A DNA stretch of 62,480 nt, counting the filler, from Chiloscyllium plagiosum (lineage: Eukaryota): assembly GCF_004010195.1 (NCBI RefSeq). It is 3 parts of one record of this genome, joined end to end, with 100 filler letters (N's around TTAATTAATTAA, not from the genome) between each part and the next. Parts side by side here need not be neighbours in the genome. Positions count along the whole stretch, not along the records: positions 1 to 18,375 come from NC_057713.1; 2 more parts are not named here. The stretch is one strand, 5' to 3'. The notes under the pieces were generated by a model. That model made no database searches. It worked only from the letters and a program-made list of their open reading frames with translations, and was not told the origin of the DNA. Position 1 is the stretch's first letter; the number at the start of each line of letters is the position of its first letter. Shown here one piece after another: positions 1 to 13,050 of the stretch. A program made the position numbers and the translations under genes.

Positions 1-9
1 TAAACACGA

Positions 10-232
10 ATAGGGTTACCCTGACTTATACCTATTCTCAATCAATATTACAAGAATGGGTTATCCGGTTACTACTAGATTGCTATTTGCAGGAGCTTTC
101 TGTGAACAAATTGGCTATTGGATTTCCTACGCTACAACAGTGACTACATTGGAAAAGCACTTCATTGGCTGTGGAGAGCTTTTTAGCATCTTGTAGTTCT
201 GAAATGTGTTGTAAAAATTCAAGTCTTTCTTT
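10..232 (+). mobile_element. Decayed DeuSINE-type (SacSINE1/AmnSINE1-like) SINE 3' part
   Basis: caaattggct...tttcctac..tacaacagtgactaca...cttcattggctgt...caagtctttcttt resembles the recalled 3' region of shark DeuSINEs; related copies near 33500-33720 and 54180-54430. Confidence 0.6.
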
Positions 233-624
233 TGTTGAATGCTAAAACATGTTTAAAGTGTTTAATTATAATATCTTAAAATGAACTTTTTAATGAAGTA
301 TCAACATGGGTGGCGCCATAACGCAGGACTACTCATGTGACAAATAGCCAAAACAGCAATTGGTTGACAGAACTAATCAGTACCAACAACCAACAGCTCA
401 GATCTTTGCTTGCAGTCCTGCCACAGCTAGTCATGAATACTAGTAAACAATTAGCAACTCACGGGAAGACAGCACATCAGTGAAGAAAAACAAGGCCGCA
501 TTTACAACAATCTTAGCAAGAAGTACTGAGTGGATGATCCATCTTGGTCGCATCCCCACAGGTTTCCAACATCTCAGACATTTGTTTGTCTTCAGCAAAT
601 TCGATTCACTGCATGTGATATAAA

Positions 625-1200
625 ACCATTATCCATAAGAGCAGAAGGAGGTAATTCAGCTCTTCGAGTCTGCTCTGTCATTTTGCAAAATCATGGTCGA
701 TCTGATAATTCTTAACTCCACTTTTCTGCCTTTTCCTCATAAACCTTGATCTGTTCACTGATTAAAAATCTGTTTATTACAGCTTTCAATGCACTTAACA
801 ACCCTGTCTCAACAACCCTCTGTGGTACAGAATTCCACAGATTCACTACTCTCTGTACAGTTTCTGTGCAATGTCTTATTCTGAAATTAGGCTTTCTGGT
901 TCTAGACTCCCTCACAAGAGGAAACAACCTCTCTGGATCAATCTTGTCAAGTCCAAAAGAACATTCTTTATTCCAATAAGGTCGTAACTCATTCTTCAAG
1001 TGAGTACAAGTCCAATCAACTCAACCCCTCCTCATAAGGCAGTCTCTCCATACATGCTATCAGCCGAGTGAATCTGCCCTGGACTGTCTCCAATGCTGAT
1101 ATATTCCTTCCTTAGATGAGGTGCTCAAAACTGTTCATAATATTCTAACTGTGACCTGACTAGTGTCATGTATCATTTTAGCAAAACCTTCCTACATTCA
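625..1200 (-). mobile_element. CR1-type LINE 3' fragment, decayed
   Basis: ORF 712..999(-) GLDKIDPERLFPLVRESRTR...QRVVNLWNSVPQRVVE is the CR1 ORF2 C-terminus, followed by 3' UTR. Confidence 0.85.
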
Positions 1201-1204
1201 TACA

Positions 1205-1570
1205 CAAACAGGAAGTGCCAGAGAAACTCAGCAGGTCTGGCAGCATCTGTGGCGAGAAAATGTTTCAAGTCCAGTGACCCTTTGTCTGAATTGAAAGCTG
1301 CTGGGATTTATGCTGATGATGGGGGAGCTGGGGGATTGAGTTGGGGATGAGACAGATTGATGGAGAGGGTGCCCAGACAGAGACAGATTAAAAGGAGAAA
1401 GCAGACAAAGGGATTGATGATAATAAACTGGGAAAGAAGTAAATGCTGAATTGGTGACAATGGGAATTGTGAATGGTTGGCTTGCTGGAAGCAAACCATG
1501 CAGAACAGGAGCTGGGTTGTGGGGGTGGAAATGAACATGGAGGGAGTCATTCACATTCTGATATTGTTAA
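1205..1570 (-). mobile_element. Old Penelope-like element 3'/terminal remnant
   Basis: aaactcagcaggtctggcagcatctgtgg plus decayed (rc) cagacaaagggtcactggacttgaaaca; same family as 59475-59609. Confidence 0.6.
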
Positions 1571-2544
1571 ACTCAATGTTGATTTGAGTTATTATTGTCA
1601 CATGTACCTAGATAGATTGCAAAGTTTGTGTGCAGTACTGGTAAATCATACCATACAAAGTGCAATAAGGTAATAGAATAGAGCGAGGAATGCAATGTTA
1701 CGGCTACCGAGAAAGTGCACAAAGAGCGATGTCAACATTAAATTTTTGAATTTTGAATTTATGAATGGAAGGTAGGATTGCAAGATGGATTGGGCTGTGC
1801 TCATAACTCTCTAGTTTCTTATGGTCCTAGGTAGAGCAGTTGCTATACCAAGCAGTGATAGAATGCTTTCTGTGGTACATCTATAAAAATCGATAAGAAT
1901 CATTATGAACATGCAAAATTTCTTTAATCTCCTGAGGCATCGTTATGATTTCTAGACCAACACATTAAGGTAGGTGAATCAGGACATCACTCCTAGGTAC
2001 TTGAGGCCTGGGGTTTTTGTAAGGTACCTAGAAGCATTGCTCCTCACTAAAGCACTGCATCTGGCTTGAGACAGAAATGTTGGCCAGGGAACACAGAAAT
2101 GAGCTGGTGGCATGCAAATGGAATCTGGGGATCATTTGGATGATGAGAGCAAAGGTGTTTGTGAGGAAATCCCAGTGTACAGGAGACCACATTGAGAACA
2201 CAGCAGGCATGATATGAATCACTGCTTCTCCTGGAAAATGTGTCAACAGCCCTGGATAGTGAGGAGGCGTGGGTAAACGGGCAATTGGCGAACCTTCTGA
2301 GATTTCATTGGAAGGTACAGTGAGAGTGTGTGGAGATGTTGGAGTTGGATCAGGCTATCCGAGAGGGAACAGTCCCTGTGGAAAGCTGACAAGGGCTGGG
2401 AAGATAATATATGTCTGGTAGTGCTCCGAAAAGACTCGCTTACAAATTTCTGATTTTGCTTTAAAAATTCCAAAGTACTCAATACCCATAAGTTACTGGT
2501 TTGAAATTCAAAATCTAAAAGTGATATAATCATACAATCACATA

Positions 2545-3360
2545 ATTGAACAAAAACTGAACTGGGTTAGTCATGTAATTACTGTGGCTACAGGGGCAGA
2601 TCAGAGGCAAGGAACCATGCAAGAAATAACTCAACTTCCAACTCTCCAACACCCATCCACGAGGTAAAACTCAAGGGTGTGATGGAACACGCATTATTTG
2701 CTTGGATGAGCGTAGCTCCGACCGTGCTCAAGAAGCTTCACACTATCCATCCTAGAAACCTACTTTATTAACACCATACACACAAACAGTCAACCCCTCC
2801 ACCACTAATGCTCAGTAGTAGCAGTAGTACCATTGCTGAAAACGTGTTGCTGGAAAAGCGCAGCAGTTCAGGCAGCATCCAAGGAACAGGAGAATCGATG
2901 TTTCGGGCATAAGCCCTTCTTCAGGAAGCCCTCCTTCCTGAAGAAGGGCTTATGCCCGAAACGTCGATTCTCCTGTTCCTTGGATGCTGCCTGACCTGCT
3001 GCGCTTTTCCAGCAACACATTTTCAGCTCTGATCTCCAGCATCTGCAGTCCTCACTCTCTCCTCGCAGTAGTACCATTGACAAGATGCATTGCTGAAATT
3101 CACCAAGGCTCCCTTGACAGTACCTACAAAACTCATGGCTATTTCTATGTAGAAGGACAAGGTCAGCAGATACCAGGGAACAGCTCCCTTCTAAGCTATT
3201 CACCTCCCTGACTTGGAAATGTATTATCATTCTTTTAGTGCTGCTGGAGGTCTCTCCCTAACAGTGTACCTATAGCACATAGACAGCAATGGTTTAAGAA
3301 GGCAGCCCGGCACCATTTTCTCAAGGGAATTAAGGATTGGCAATAAATACCAAACCAATC
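2545..3360 (+). mobile_element. Ancient CR1/L2-group LINE 3' fragment, interrupted by the PLE palindrome at 2835-3064
   Basis: Collinear with 29500-30055 (cagaggc.agga...gtgatggaa...ccctccaccac...agtagcag...aaggcagc..accacc). Confidence 0.6.
2835..3064 (+). mobile_element. Fold-back (palindromic) PLE terminal fragment with TSD
   Basis: Inverted arms 2835-2928 and 2934-3027 (94 bp, 3 mismatches, 5-nt loop); the right arm continues into the PLE 3' end also seen at 23500-23631; direct repeat gcagtagtaccatt at 2821-2834 and 3065-3078. Confidence 0.9.
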
Positions 3361-3701
3361 ATCTCATAAATGCAAAAAAAAAGGCTATTCTCCCGAAGCA
3401 GGGTTGAAGCTTTTGAAAGTACATAGTGTGAATGTAGGTGGTGTTACTGGGTACAAAATTGTAAAGTGCTTGCATCTTAGTATTTGAGAAAGAATAGGAG
3501 GATGTGGTTCACATGGCAAGCACAGAATAACACCCTTAAAAACTCAGGCATTGTCCTACAAAAGTGTATTTGTTGTAGAAATTTTGGCTTGCATTACATT
3601 TCCAGGTTTATTCTTGATGTTCAATCATTTATTTTGTTGACATTTTGTGTGGTACAGCAAGGGTGGAGTGAAAGCTTTCAGTATCAAATATCTGAATACC
3701 A

Positions 3702-4445
3702 AGACAATAGACAATAGATAATAGGTGCAGGAGTAGGCCATTCTGCCCTTCGAGCCTGCACCACCATTCAATATGATCATGGCTGATCATCCTTAATCGG
3801 TATCGTGTTCCTGCCTTAACTCCATAACCCTTGATTCCACTATCCTTGAGAGCTCTATCCAACTCTTTCTTAAATGAATCCAGAGACTGGGCCTCAACTG
3901 CCCTCTGGGACAGAGCATTCCACACAGCCACCACTCTCTGGGTGAAGAAGTTTCTCCTCATCTCTGTCCTAAATGGTTTACCCCGTATTTTTAAGCTGCG
4001 TCCTCTGGTTCGGCACTCACCCATCAGCGGAAACATGTTTCCTGCCTCCAGAGTGTCCAATCCTTTAATAATCTTATATGTCTCAATCAGATCCCCTCTC
4101 AGTCTTCTAAACTCAAGGGTATACAAGCCCAGTCGCTCCAGTCTTTCAACGTAAGGTAGTCCCGCCATTCCAGGAATTGACCTCGTGAACCTACGCTGCA
4201 CTCCCTCAATAGCCAGAATGTCTTTCCTCAAATTTGGAGACCAGAACTGCACACAATACTCCAGGTGTAGTCTCACCAGGGCCCTGTACAACTGCAGAAG
4301 AACCTCTTTGCTTCTATACTCAATCCCTCTTGTTATGAAGGCTAGCATGCTATTAGCCTTCTTCGCTACCTGCTGTACCTGCATGCTTACCTTCATTGAC
4401 TGGTGTACAAGAACACCCAGATCTCTTTGTACTGCCCCTTTACCT
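3702..4445 (-). mobile_element. Young 5'-truncated CR1 LINE (RT C-terminus, 3' UTR, tail)
   Basis: Uninterrupted ORF 3629..4396(-) with LYRALVRLHLEYCVQFWSP and FFTQRVVAVWNAL; (tctattg)n tail at ~3702-3725. Confidence 0.95.
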
Positions 4446-6546
4446 CTTCAAGAGAAATAGTAGTAGCAAGAAAACAAAGTTTCCTGAGCCTGTTAACTGT
4501 GCAAGTCTGTAATACTGAATATAATACTGACATAACTATTCAGAGGCAGTCATCACAAGAAAGTTGCGTGGGGAAAAACACAATAAATTTTTCCATTAGA
4601 AGTTCATTTTACACAGGATCCTCACTAAGATGATCTATAACATTCAGAATCGACCCTTCAGAGACCTGTCATCAATAACAGTGCTGTTTTGTGTTGCATC
4701 CTTTCCTTGTTAGTTCTATCAACAGGAAGAGGCAAGAGGTGCAGTGAAAATAAATGTCACAACACAGGCTGTGAGGATCTGATATTGGCCAGTGTGTTCC
4801 CTCCAGATGCTGCACTTATTTATTTTTTTCCCTTTGCTTTAAGGGCTTAGAAATAGCCAAGAATAGTCTAGTTAATGTGCCATTCATTTTGACAGCAAAA
4901 TTGCTTTGTATGTCATGTCACTTGTAGTGAACTGCTACAGAATAAATCTATTCCATTAAGGTCCTTGTATAATGTAGAGAGGCCAGTTTTGCTGTACATG
5001 GCCTCACTGATATATATTTAAAATTCTGTAAAAATATAGCATCAGCAACCTGCTGCAACATCCCCCCTGCCCCACCCCTCACCTCCTGTATCTGGTAAAA
5101 GTCTATCTGAACGACGCAAGATAACTTTCAAAGCATTGTCATGGCATCATTTCACTGATGATTTGTGTATCAGCTTCGCAACTCATTTTTTCACTGTGGT
5201 TTTGACTGAATGTTTTCTTTTTATCCTAGTAGCAGGAGTGCTATAATTAATATTAGCTCTGCCTTTATCTGACTATGACCATGATACTTTCAGCTATGCA
5301 AATACAGTCAGGTGCATTTTCAATAATAGAAACTGTAAGTTCTGGAGAAATGTTAACAGGTCTGGCAGCTTCTGTGGAAAGCGATATTGGTATTAATGTT
5401 TCTGGTCCAGATTCAGCTGAATGGTAGCTTTTGGAAACAGTATTGTCAAAATGGCATCCAAAATGTTGTAAGCTCTTGGGATTCTTCTGCTAGACGGATG
5501 GGTGAAGAGTTATGCTTTGCACCTAAATTAAAAAAAAAACAAAAGTTACCAATGGATTCTTGGGGTTTCTATCGCATGCCATGAGCTAGATTCTGTCAAT
5601 TCTGGAGTTGATTTGTACGTTGTGCTCATCCGTAAATACTTTCCATGCCTTCGCTGGATTTGTTTTTGGCCTCATAAAGCTGAAATACATTCATGCTGTA
5701 AAATGCCTCTTTGCTAGTAGCCACTAATATTTTAAAAGCTCCTCACTCGGATCTACTTATGACTTGATCTGTGAAGTAAAATATTAGTTACGTAGGTGAA
5801 GTTCATGAAGATGTCACTTGCCCAATCCATAGCCAAACTGTTACCTTCCATTTCTTGTTGCAGATCTATGCCTTTTTAAAGATTTCATTGTACTGGACTT
5901 GTTTATCGCTTTCCTTCTTTATGTCAGAAAAGAATGATTTTCTTTTTGCGTTCCTTGTAAGAGCAATGTAGGGCTTAAAATTTATAGGTCTCCAACTTTA
6001 AATAGAGGAGTGGTCAACTGTTTCCTGGCTATTTAAGTTGGAGACTTGTAGCTCATTATCTTATAATGATTTGGTTGTCTAATTATTTTACAATCCAGGG
6101 CTGTTTGATCCTCAGTGAGAATTCTTTGATAAGCTGCCATTGGTTTTATTACCACACTGTCACAATGATATGAGATATCAGATATATTAATGATTTTCAA
6201 CAATCATCTTGTGATATTTATGTTTGCTTCTAGAGCGTAGATATGAGAAATGGGTCACGTAGTATTGTACAATTCAATGAAATTTTATTACAGCTCCTGG
6301 TATTTATATGTGTACATTACAATCACTCTGGCACGAGTGTGCCTGAGCTTGAATTAAGTAATTTAAATATACTGGAACAGTGTATCATGCTGCAAGAGGA
6401 CAGAGCTGAGAAAGATGGAGGTAGGGCTTTATACTATGACATCGTATGCCATGATATGGTGATGGCATCATGAGCTTGCCCCTCAAAAGTATATTGCATA
6501 TCTGCTGTAAGACATAACAATGTTCCCTAGACTTGACTAGTTCACT

Positions 6547-6640
6547 GTCGAAAAGTGTGGTGCTGGAAAAACACAGCCAGTCATGCAGCATCTCAGGAGC
6601 AGGAGAATCAACATTTTGGGCATAAGCCCTTCATCAGGAG
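6547..6640 (-). mobile_element. PLE terminal fragment (family of 2835-3064), decayed hammerhead-like core
   Basis: rc ctcctgatgaagggcttatgcccaaaatgttgattctcctgctcc. Confidence 0.8.
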
Positions 6641-6734
6641 TGAGGCCAGCTCAGCACCACCTTCTCAAGAGATGGCCAACAAATGTTAGACCAGCCAGTG
6701 AAGCCCATGTCCCCTGACTGAATAAAAACCTATA

Positions 6735-7710
6735 ACCAGTTGACAGGTTAGTGTCAGCACCAGAGATTAGTGCAGGAACCATAACTGGTTACAATATACA
6801 TTAAAGATTTGGAGAAAGAAAACATATATACTCGAACCAGATTTGCAGACAATGCAATAGGTGTTACAAGTTGCAATGTTGGGGGAGCAAACAGATTACA
6901 AAGAGATATTAATAGGTTAATTAAGTGAGCAAAAAGTTGGTAGAAGCGTAAAAACATGGAGTTGTTCATTTTGGAAGGAAGAACAAAAGAACAGTGTTAC
7001 TTAAATGGAAAAAAGCTGCAACACAAAAGGACTTGGGGGTACTTGTGCACAAAACACAGGAAACCAGTACACAGGTGTATTCGGCAATCAAAAAGGTTAA
7101 TGGAATGTTGGCTCTTATTTCAAGAGGGATTCAGTATAAGAATAGGGAAGTGTTATTGCAACTGTACAAAGTGCTGGTAAGACCATATTTGGAATTCTGC
7201 AAAGTTTTGTCCCTTATTGAAGAAAATATATTAATTTCTTTGGAGACAATTCAGAGAAGATCACAAGAATAATCCCTGGTATGGAGGGACTTTCTAATGA
7301 CCAAAGAAAGAACAGTTAAGGACGCTGCTCATTGGTATTTAGAGAATGAGAGGCGATCTCATTGAAACCCAAAGGGTTTTTCAGGGGCTTGATGCTGAGA
7401 GGACATTTCCCCTCATGAGAGAGTTTAGGACCAGAGGACAGAGTCACAAAATAAAATGGCGCTAATTTGAGAATGGGATAAAGAAGAATTACTTCTCTAA
7501 GGATTGAAAGTCATTGGAACTCATTGTCACAAAGAGCTGTTGGGCAGAATCTTGACGTATATTTAGGGTAGGGATAGATAGATTCTTGATCCATAGGGAA
7601 ATCAAGGGTTACAGGGAAAAGGCAGGAAAGTGGGCATGAGGAATTGTGGATAGCCTTATGCTATTGAATAGCAGAGCAAGTTAGAGGTTCCAAACAGCCT
7701 ATTCCTGAAA
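6735..7710 (+). mobile_element. CR1 LINE 3' fragment, frameshifted
   Basis: KDLGVLVH and LLQLYKVLVRPYLE in ORF 6994..7272; FADN motif near 6842; 3' UTR follows. Confidence 0.85.
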
Positions 7711-8239
7711 TTAAAAAAAAGTGCTGGGAACATTCATAATGTAAAAGCACAGTTCTTGTGCCAGAAATAGGTGTCTCGCCTGTCAACTGATTAACTGATG
7801 TGAGCCCAGGAAAGCCCATGGTATTACATACCAAGTATGCATCGAACAGCTTACCAGTGGGGCTTTACCAGGATCAAAATGCATTGGGAGGAAGCTAGCA
7901 TGTACAGGTTGGGAGCTGTTTTAAGCAGCAGCATCACAGGGAAGGCAGTGACCAATGCCCATACCCTACTCACCTGAGGCCAAGACTATGCCACCGAGGA
8001 GTGACAGCAGCAGGACATTGGTGAGGCATTAAGGGCTACATTGGATGGCTCTCAGTGGAATTACCCCAGCCATCCAGGTTCCTTAATTTCCATGGTACTG
8101 AGTTTATCACTGGATAACATGCATCGTAAGTTATGGAGCAGACGGAACAGCAAATCAACTGATTTCTATGTGTGCAGCTAGCAGGACCACAGCTGAATAA
8201 CAAGCAGGCAAAGTTTGAACATGTGGGTACATCGCATGT

Positions 8240-9150
8240 GGTGTCCTTAAAGGTGAATTCTCTTAAATATAAGGCAGACATGCAACACGAAGTGTCTTTT
8301 AATATGGGATCTCCATCCAACTCCAAAGTCCAAGCAGAAGCCCAAAAGGCTGAATGTGTTAGGACTTGAATCACAAAAATTAGTGTGCAGAGAAAGCAAG
8401 TGATGAGGAAGGGAAATGGAATGTTTTCATTACTGCAAGGGTAATGGATTTGAAAGACAGGGAAATTTTGCTTCAGTTCTACTGCTCATGGGTCAGACAA
8501 CGTGCTGAGTCTGTTGTACGGTTTTGGTCTCCTTATTTAAGAAGCACTTGAAGCAGTTTAGAGAATATTCACTTGACTGATTCCTGGGATGAATGGGTTA
8601 CTTTATGAGGAAGTGTTGGACAGATTGTGTATGCCTCCATGGGAGGTTAGAAGAGTGACAGATGATCTTATTGAAATGTATCAATTTCCTTAGGGTTCCA
8701 AACAAGATTCATTGGACTTGAAACGACAACTCAGTTTCTCTTTCCACAGATGCTGCCAGACCTGGTGCGTTTGTCTAGCAATTTCTGTTTCTATTTCACA
8801 GTCTGAGAGGACATGACAGCATAGATGCTGAGAAATGTTTTCGCTTTGTAGGAGAAGCTAAAACTAGAAGGACCAGTTTAAAAATAAGATACCTCCCATT
8901 TAAAATGGAGATTAAGAAACAGCCTTTTTTGCTCGGAAGGCAATTAGTCTCTGGAACTCTCTTCTTTGGAGAAGAGTGGATGCTGAATCATTGAATCGTC
9001 TCAGGGATGAATTACACAGATTGACAAGGGAGTTAAAAGGTTTTGATGGTGGACAGGAAATAGACATGAAGCCAAAATCAGATGAGCCATTATTTAATCA
9101 AATGGAAAGCATAATTGAAGGGCTGAATGGCCAACACCTGACCATCAGAC
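8240..9150 (+). mobile_element. Old CR1 LINE 3' fragment containing a PLE terminal insert (~8695-8800)
   Basis: gttttggtctccttatttaag, tggaactctctt, gtggatgctgaatcattgaat are CR1 C-terminal motifs; ggacttgaaacg...cacagatgctgccagacctg is a PLE terminus. Confidence 0.7.
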
Positions 9151-9280
9151 TTAGGAACAGAAGTAGGTCATTTCGCCCAGCAAGTCCTCTCTGACATTTA
9201 ATGAGATCACAGTCGATCTAATAATCCTCAACTCCACCTTCCTGCCTTTTCTCCATAACAATTGATTCCCTTACTGATTA

Positions 9281-9850
9281 TAAGGGTTTGAGATGGATTC
9301 CCCACATCATCTGTGAGGACAGGCATATTAATAGTACAGTTCTTGGTGGAGCCAATAGCACCAGCATCGAAGCCATGAGCATTGTAGACCTGTTCCAGTG
9401 GGCTGGCCATCTACTTACAATGTCTGAGTTCCGACAAGCAAACCAAATCTTCTTCACCCAGTTCAAGGAAGGTGCTCGTCGAGAGGAGGAAGAAGGAAGT
9501 GTTTCAAATGCTTTTTGAAGGCTTCCCTCAAGAAATATGATGTCAACATATGGGAGAATCTTGTTCAGAGGAAACCAACTTGGAGGAAACTCCTAAATGA
9601 AGGGACTCAATTCTTTGACAGCATCCACCGGTAAGAGGAAGCTCGGAAAATGAACTGGAGAAAGGAACGTCAATGACCTCAAGGCTAAGGACCAATTTTA
9701 CCTCCCAGATATACCCGTCAAATGTGTGATCAGAGATACAGCTCTAGGACTGGGCTCATCAGCCACATAAGGACCCATGATCAATCATACGGAATTTCCT
9801 CAGTAGATAATCATACTCATTAGTGAGTGATTGATGACAACAATGACCGA
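9281..9850 (+). mobile_element. RTE-clade LINE 3' fragment, inserted in a minus-strand CR1 tail (9150-10065)
   Basis: ORF 9288..9518 NSTVLGGANSTSIEAM...QWAGHLLTM is the RTE C-terminal signature; MCDQRYSSRTGLISHIRTH zinc-finger remnant at ~9720-9780; the host sequence ttactgatta|aaaatctg is split around it. Confidence 0.85.
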
Positions 9851-11254
9851 ATAAAAATCTGCCTCTTTAATATTCCAAAAGAACTAACCTCTACAGCCCT
9901 CTGTGGTAAAGAATTCCACAAATTCTTGATCCTCATCTCGATCTTAAATGTACGACCCCTTACTCTGAGGTTTTACCCACTGGTCCTAGACTCTCCCACA
10001 ATGGAAACAACCTCTCAGCATCTTCCCTGTCAAGTCCCGAACCCAGTCAAGGACTCCTATGTCAAATAATAGGCACCATATTCTCACAGACCATTACACC
10101 ATATAGAAGACTGCGACTCCTCAAGGTTAAAGTCATGTACACAATCCAAGCAGCTGTTTCCATTCTGTATGAAACAATGGTACAGGTTATTCTACTGCCC
10201 TGGCAATCATTTTGAAGCTTGAATATGCTTTAGGCTACAATATGGAGCACTGCAAAAGCATGCAATGACCTTTAAACTCCTATTGCGGGTAACAGGTCAC
10301 CTGAGATAATAAGATAAAATGTTTCTTTGAAGCAATGGTAAACATAGGGATATGGCATGTCCTTGAGCAATCGTGAATTATTTAATTTTATATCAAGTGC
10401 ATCATGTATTTTCTCTTTCACATGCACCATTGCTCCTCATCATGGGTCCTTTGTTCATCACTAAAGAAATCTGCAGATGGAAGGGTTTAAAATCACCGCC
10501 TGAAGAATGCAGCCTTGTGCACGCAGAACAGTCTCAGCTCAGCAGTTCTGGATCATATTCCTGTGGAAAATCCCTCCTTTGGCTGCACTGTTGTGTAAAC
10601 CACGTAACTAATAAGAGACAGCAGAGCCTCCACGGTCTGGACTAAAAGAGCAACCCCTTGAGCCGGAGCTGTCAACATTGCCATCTGTCACACAGTACAC
10701 CTCCTGGCGAATGAAAGCATGGCAGCTTTTGCAAGCTCAAATCAAGGGAGACTCCTGGCTGTATTTCTTTCAGAGGTTATATTACTGAAACGCTGCCCAG
10801 TGGATATGTGCAACATTGAACTTTCCTTCATTTGAGTCCAAGGCAGTCTATCCTGCCATGTCAAAGCCTTAACTATGCTGACAGAATCCTAAGTTGTTCA
10901 ATTCTATAATTTGTGAGTGAATCCAGGATCATTATAAGATTTAACTCCATCTGTGCTTCTCAGTGGAGCTTTGGGACACTGAAGCAACACTCATATGCGC
11001 TGAGCAATAAGAGATTGTTAATCAGTAATTGTGCACTTCGAACTTCATTTGCATACATGATCACAAGTTCGGTTTGCTGTTAACATTGCTCCAGCATCAA
11101 CTATTCCCACTGAATCAGACTCTCTCTATCAATGTGCAATGCTGAGTTTAACATGGACAGCTGGAACCCTGTCATTATGATAAAATGAGGTTCCCAAGCC
11201 CATAGCAGCAGAATTTGCTCAGCAAATTCATGACAGATGGCCTCCTAATGGGAC

Positions 11255-11680
11255 AGAGTCCTAGAGTCATACTGCACAGAAATCGGTCCAACCTTCCCAT
11301 GCTGACCAGGTATCCTCAACTGAACTCATCCTACTTGCCTGTGTTTGGCCCATATCCCTCTAAATCTTTGCTATCCATGTACCTGTCCGAATGTGTTTAA
11401 AGTGTTGTAATTGTACCCACCTCTACCACTTCCCCAGGCAGCTCATTCCGTACATGTACTACCCTCTTTGTGAAAAAGGGACCCCCATGTCTCTTTTAAA
11501 TCATTCCCCTCTCACCTTAAACCTATGGTGAGAGGGGAATGTCTCTTTTAAATCATTCCCCCTGCTCTTTGAAAAAGACCTTGCCCCACATGATTGTATA
11601 AACCTCTGTAAGGTCACCCCTCAGTCTCTGATGCCCAGGGAAAAATGTCTCAATCTATCCTTCCTCCCCTTACAACATCT
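11255..11680 (-). mobile_element. CR1 LINE 3' end with an internal template-switch rearrangement
   Basis: ttggcccatatccctctaaa, cctctaccacttccccaggcagctcattcc are CR1 3' sequence; direct and inverted micro-repeats at 11487-11561. Confidence 0.75.
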
Positions 11681-11929
11681 GAACACTCCACCAGTGGTGG
11701 GTAGTCTCATGTTGGCTTAATCAGAGGGCAACAGCTCTGAAGCCTCAGCAGTACTACCACCAGGAGAGACCAGGCCGGGCAGGAATCTGGAGTGGGGGCA
11801 GGGGGGTGGGGGGGAGGTGTGTACACTTTATTCACATTAATCGAAACCAACCTGGAAAAGTTTCTTGGGACCCAATGTTGATAGCAATGCAATGTGAGGT
11901 GATGACTTTAGTGCCATCATAATTTTACT

Positions 11930-13050
11930 ATTAGAATCGGGCGGTGCAGCGTTCCTGAACTGAGAGGTTGGAAGCTGTGAGTGGAAGATCCTCTGAGATG
12001 ATGAGGTTCTGTATGGTCTGGGAGATGATGGTTTGGTGATGGGGGACTGAGGTCATTGTCGAGGGGGCGGTAGGAGGAGGCGTCTTTGAGTTGGTGCCTG
12101 GCTTCAGCAGTGTAGAGATCAGTGCGCCAAACTACCCTTTGTCTGCTGGTTTGATGGAGAGGCTGGGGTTGGAGCGGAGGGAGTGGAGGGCTGCACATTG
12201 TGAGGGCCAGAGTTTGGAGTGGGGGAGACGGATGGACAGGTTGAGGTGGTTGATGTCACGGCAGCAGTTTCCTCAGTGAGGGGGAGGTCTGGGGAGTGAT
12301 GAAGACAGGGATGGGCGCTGGCACTTGGAGTGGGGCTGGAGTTCGAGGTGGCACTGGAGCTAGGACCTGGAGTGGGGCTGGTGTTTGAGGTGGGGGTAGA
12401 GACAGTGGCTTGAGTGGGTGTGGTTATGGGGTCAGTAGTGACGTCACCAAAGGAGATGACGCTTACAAAGGAGGCGGAAGTGGTGCTGGTTAAGTTAACG
12501 GAGGCGGGGTGGGCAACATTACTGCTGGGTACTTGGCTGATGACATCAGTGGCAGCAGAAGTGACGTCACCGATGGAACCAACCAGTGACTGCGGATCTG
12601 ATGAGGTGACATTGAGATTTATTTCACTTTCGTAGTAAAAACGAACATATACATAGAAACAATTTCAAGGCTGTAATCTAATCTAATGTAAACCATTTTG
12701 GCTCCACCCTCATGGCTGATGACAAGGTAGGTGTCACATCTGTGATAGTGAATGCCGTGGCGCCAGTGTATCCTGCGGTCATAGTCTTGTCTGCAGTTGT
12801 GGAGGATGTTGGGTGGATGGCAATCTCAGAGGTGGTATGGTCAGCAGTGGCTGCAGGCCGTGCAGTGGCATTGGAGGCGGAAGTGATGTCATCGATTGTC
12901 CCGGCAGTCGTGGAAGGAGCGGCCATGTGGCTAATGGTGTCTGGGTGGTTCCAGAAGCTGGGAGAATGTTCTGGAAAGTTCAAGGAAGCCCATGTATGGA
13001 GGGAAGTATATGAACATTTGTTTAGCTTATGTTCTTTTATGTCCAATGCA
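11930..13050 (-). mobile_element. Penelope-like element, N-terminal/pre-RT ORF fragment
   Basis: VVWRTDLYTAEARHQLKDASSYRPLDND (ORF 11917..12198) is the segment following the PLE DKG motif; T/A/P-rich low-complexity ORF segments upstream; interrupted by a 130-bp foreign segment at 12595-12724. Confidence 0.8.
12595..12724 (+). repeat. Dispersed direct copy of 14281-14427
   Basis: Alignable by eye over its full length; this copy lacks aggattcatatgatacca (net 17 nt shorter) and has scattered substitutions. Confidence 0.9.

Noticed and set aside
3629..4396. 255-aa open ORF as a host gene
   Set aside because: It is the CR1 reverse transcriptase C-terminus reading into its 3' UTR
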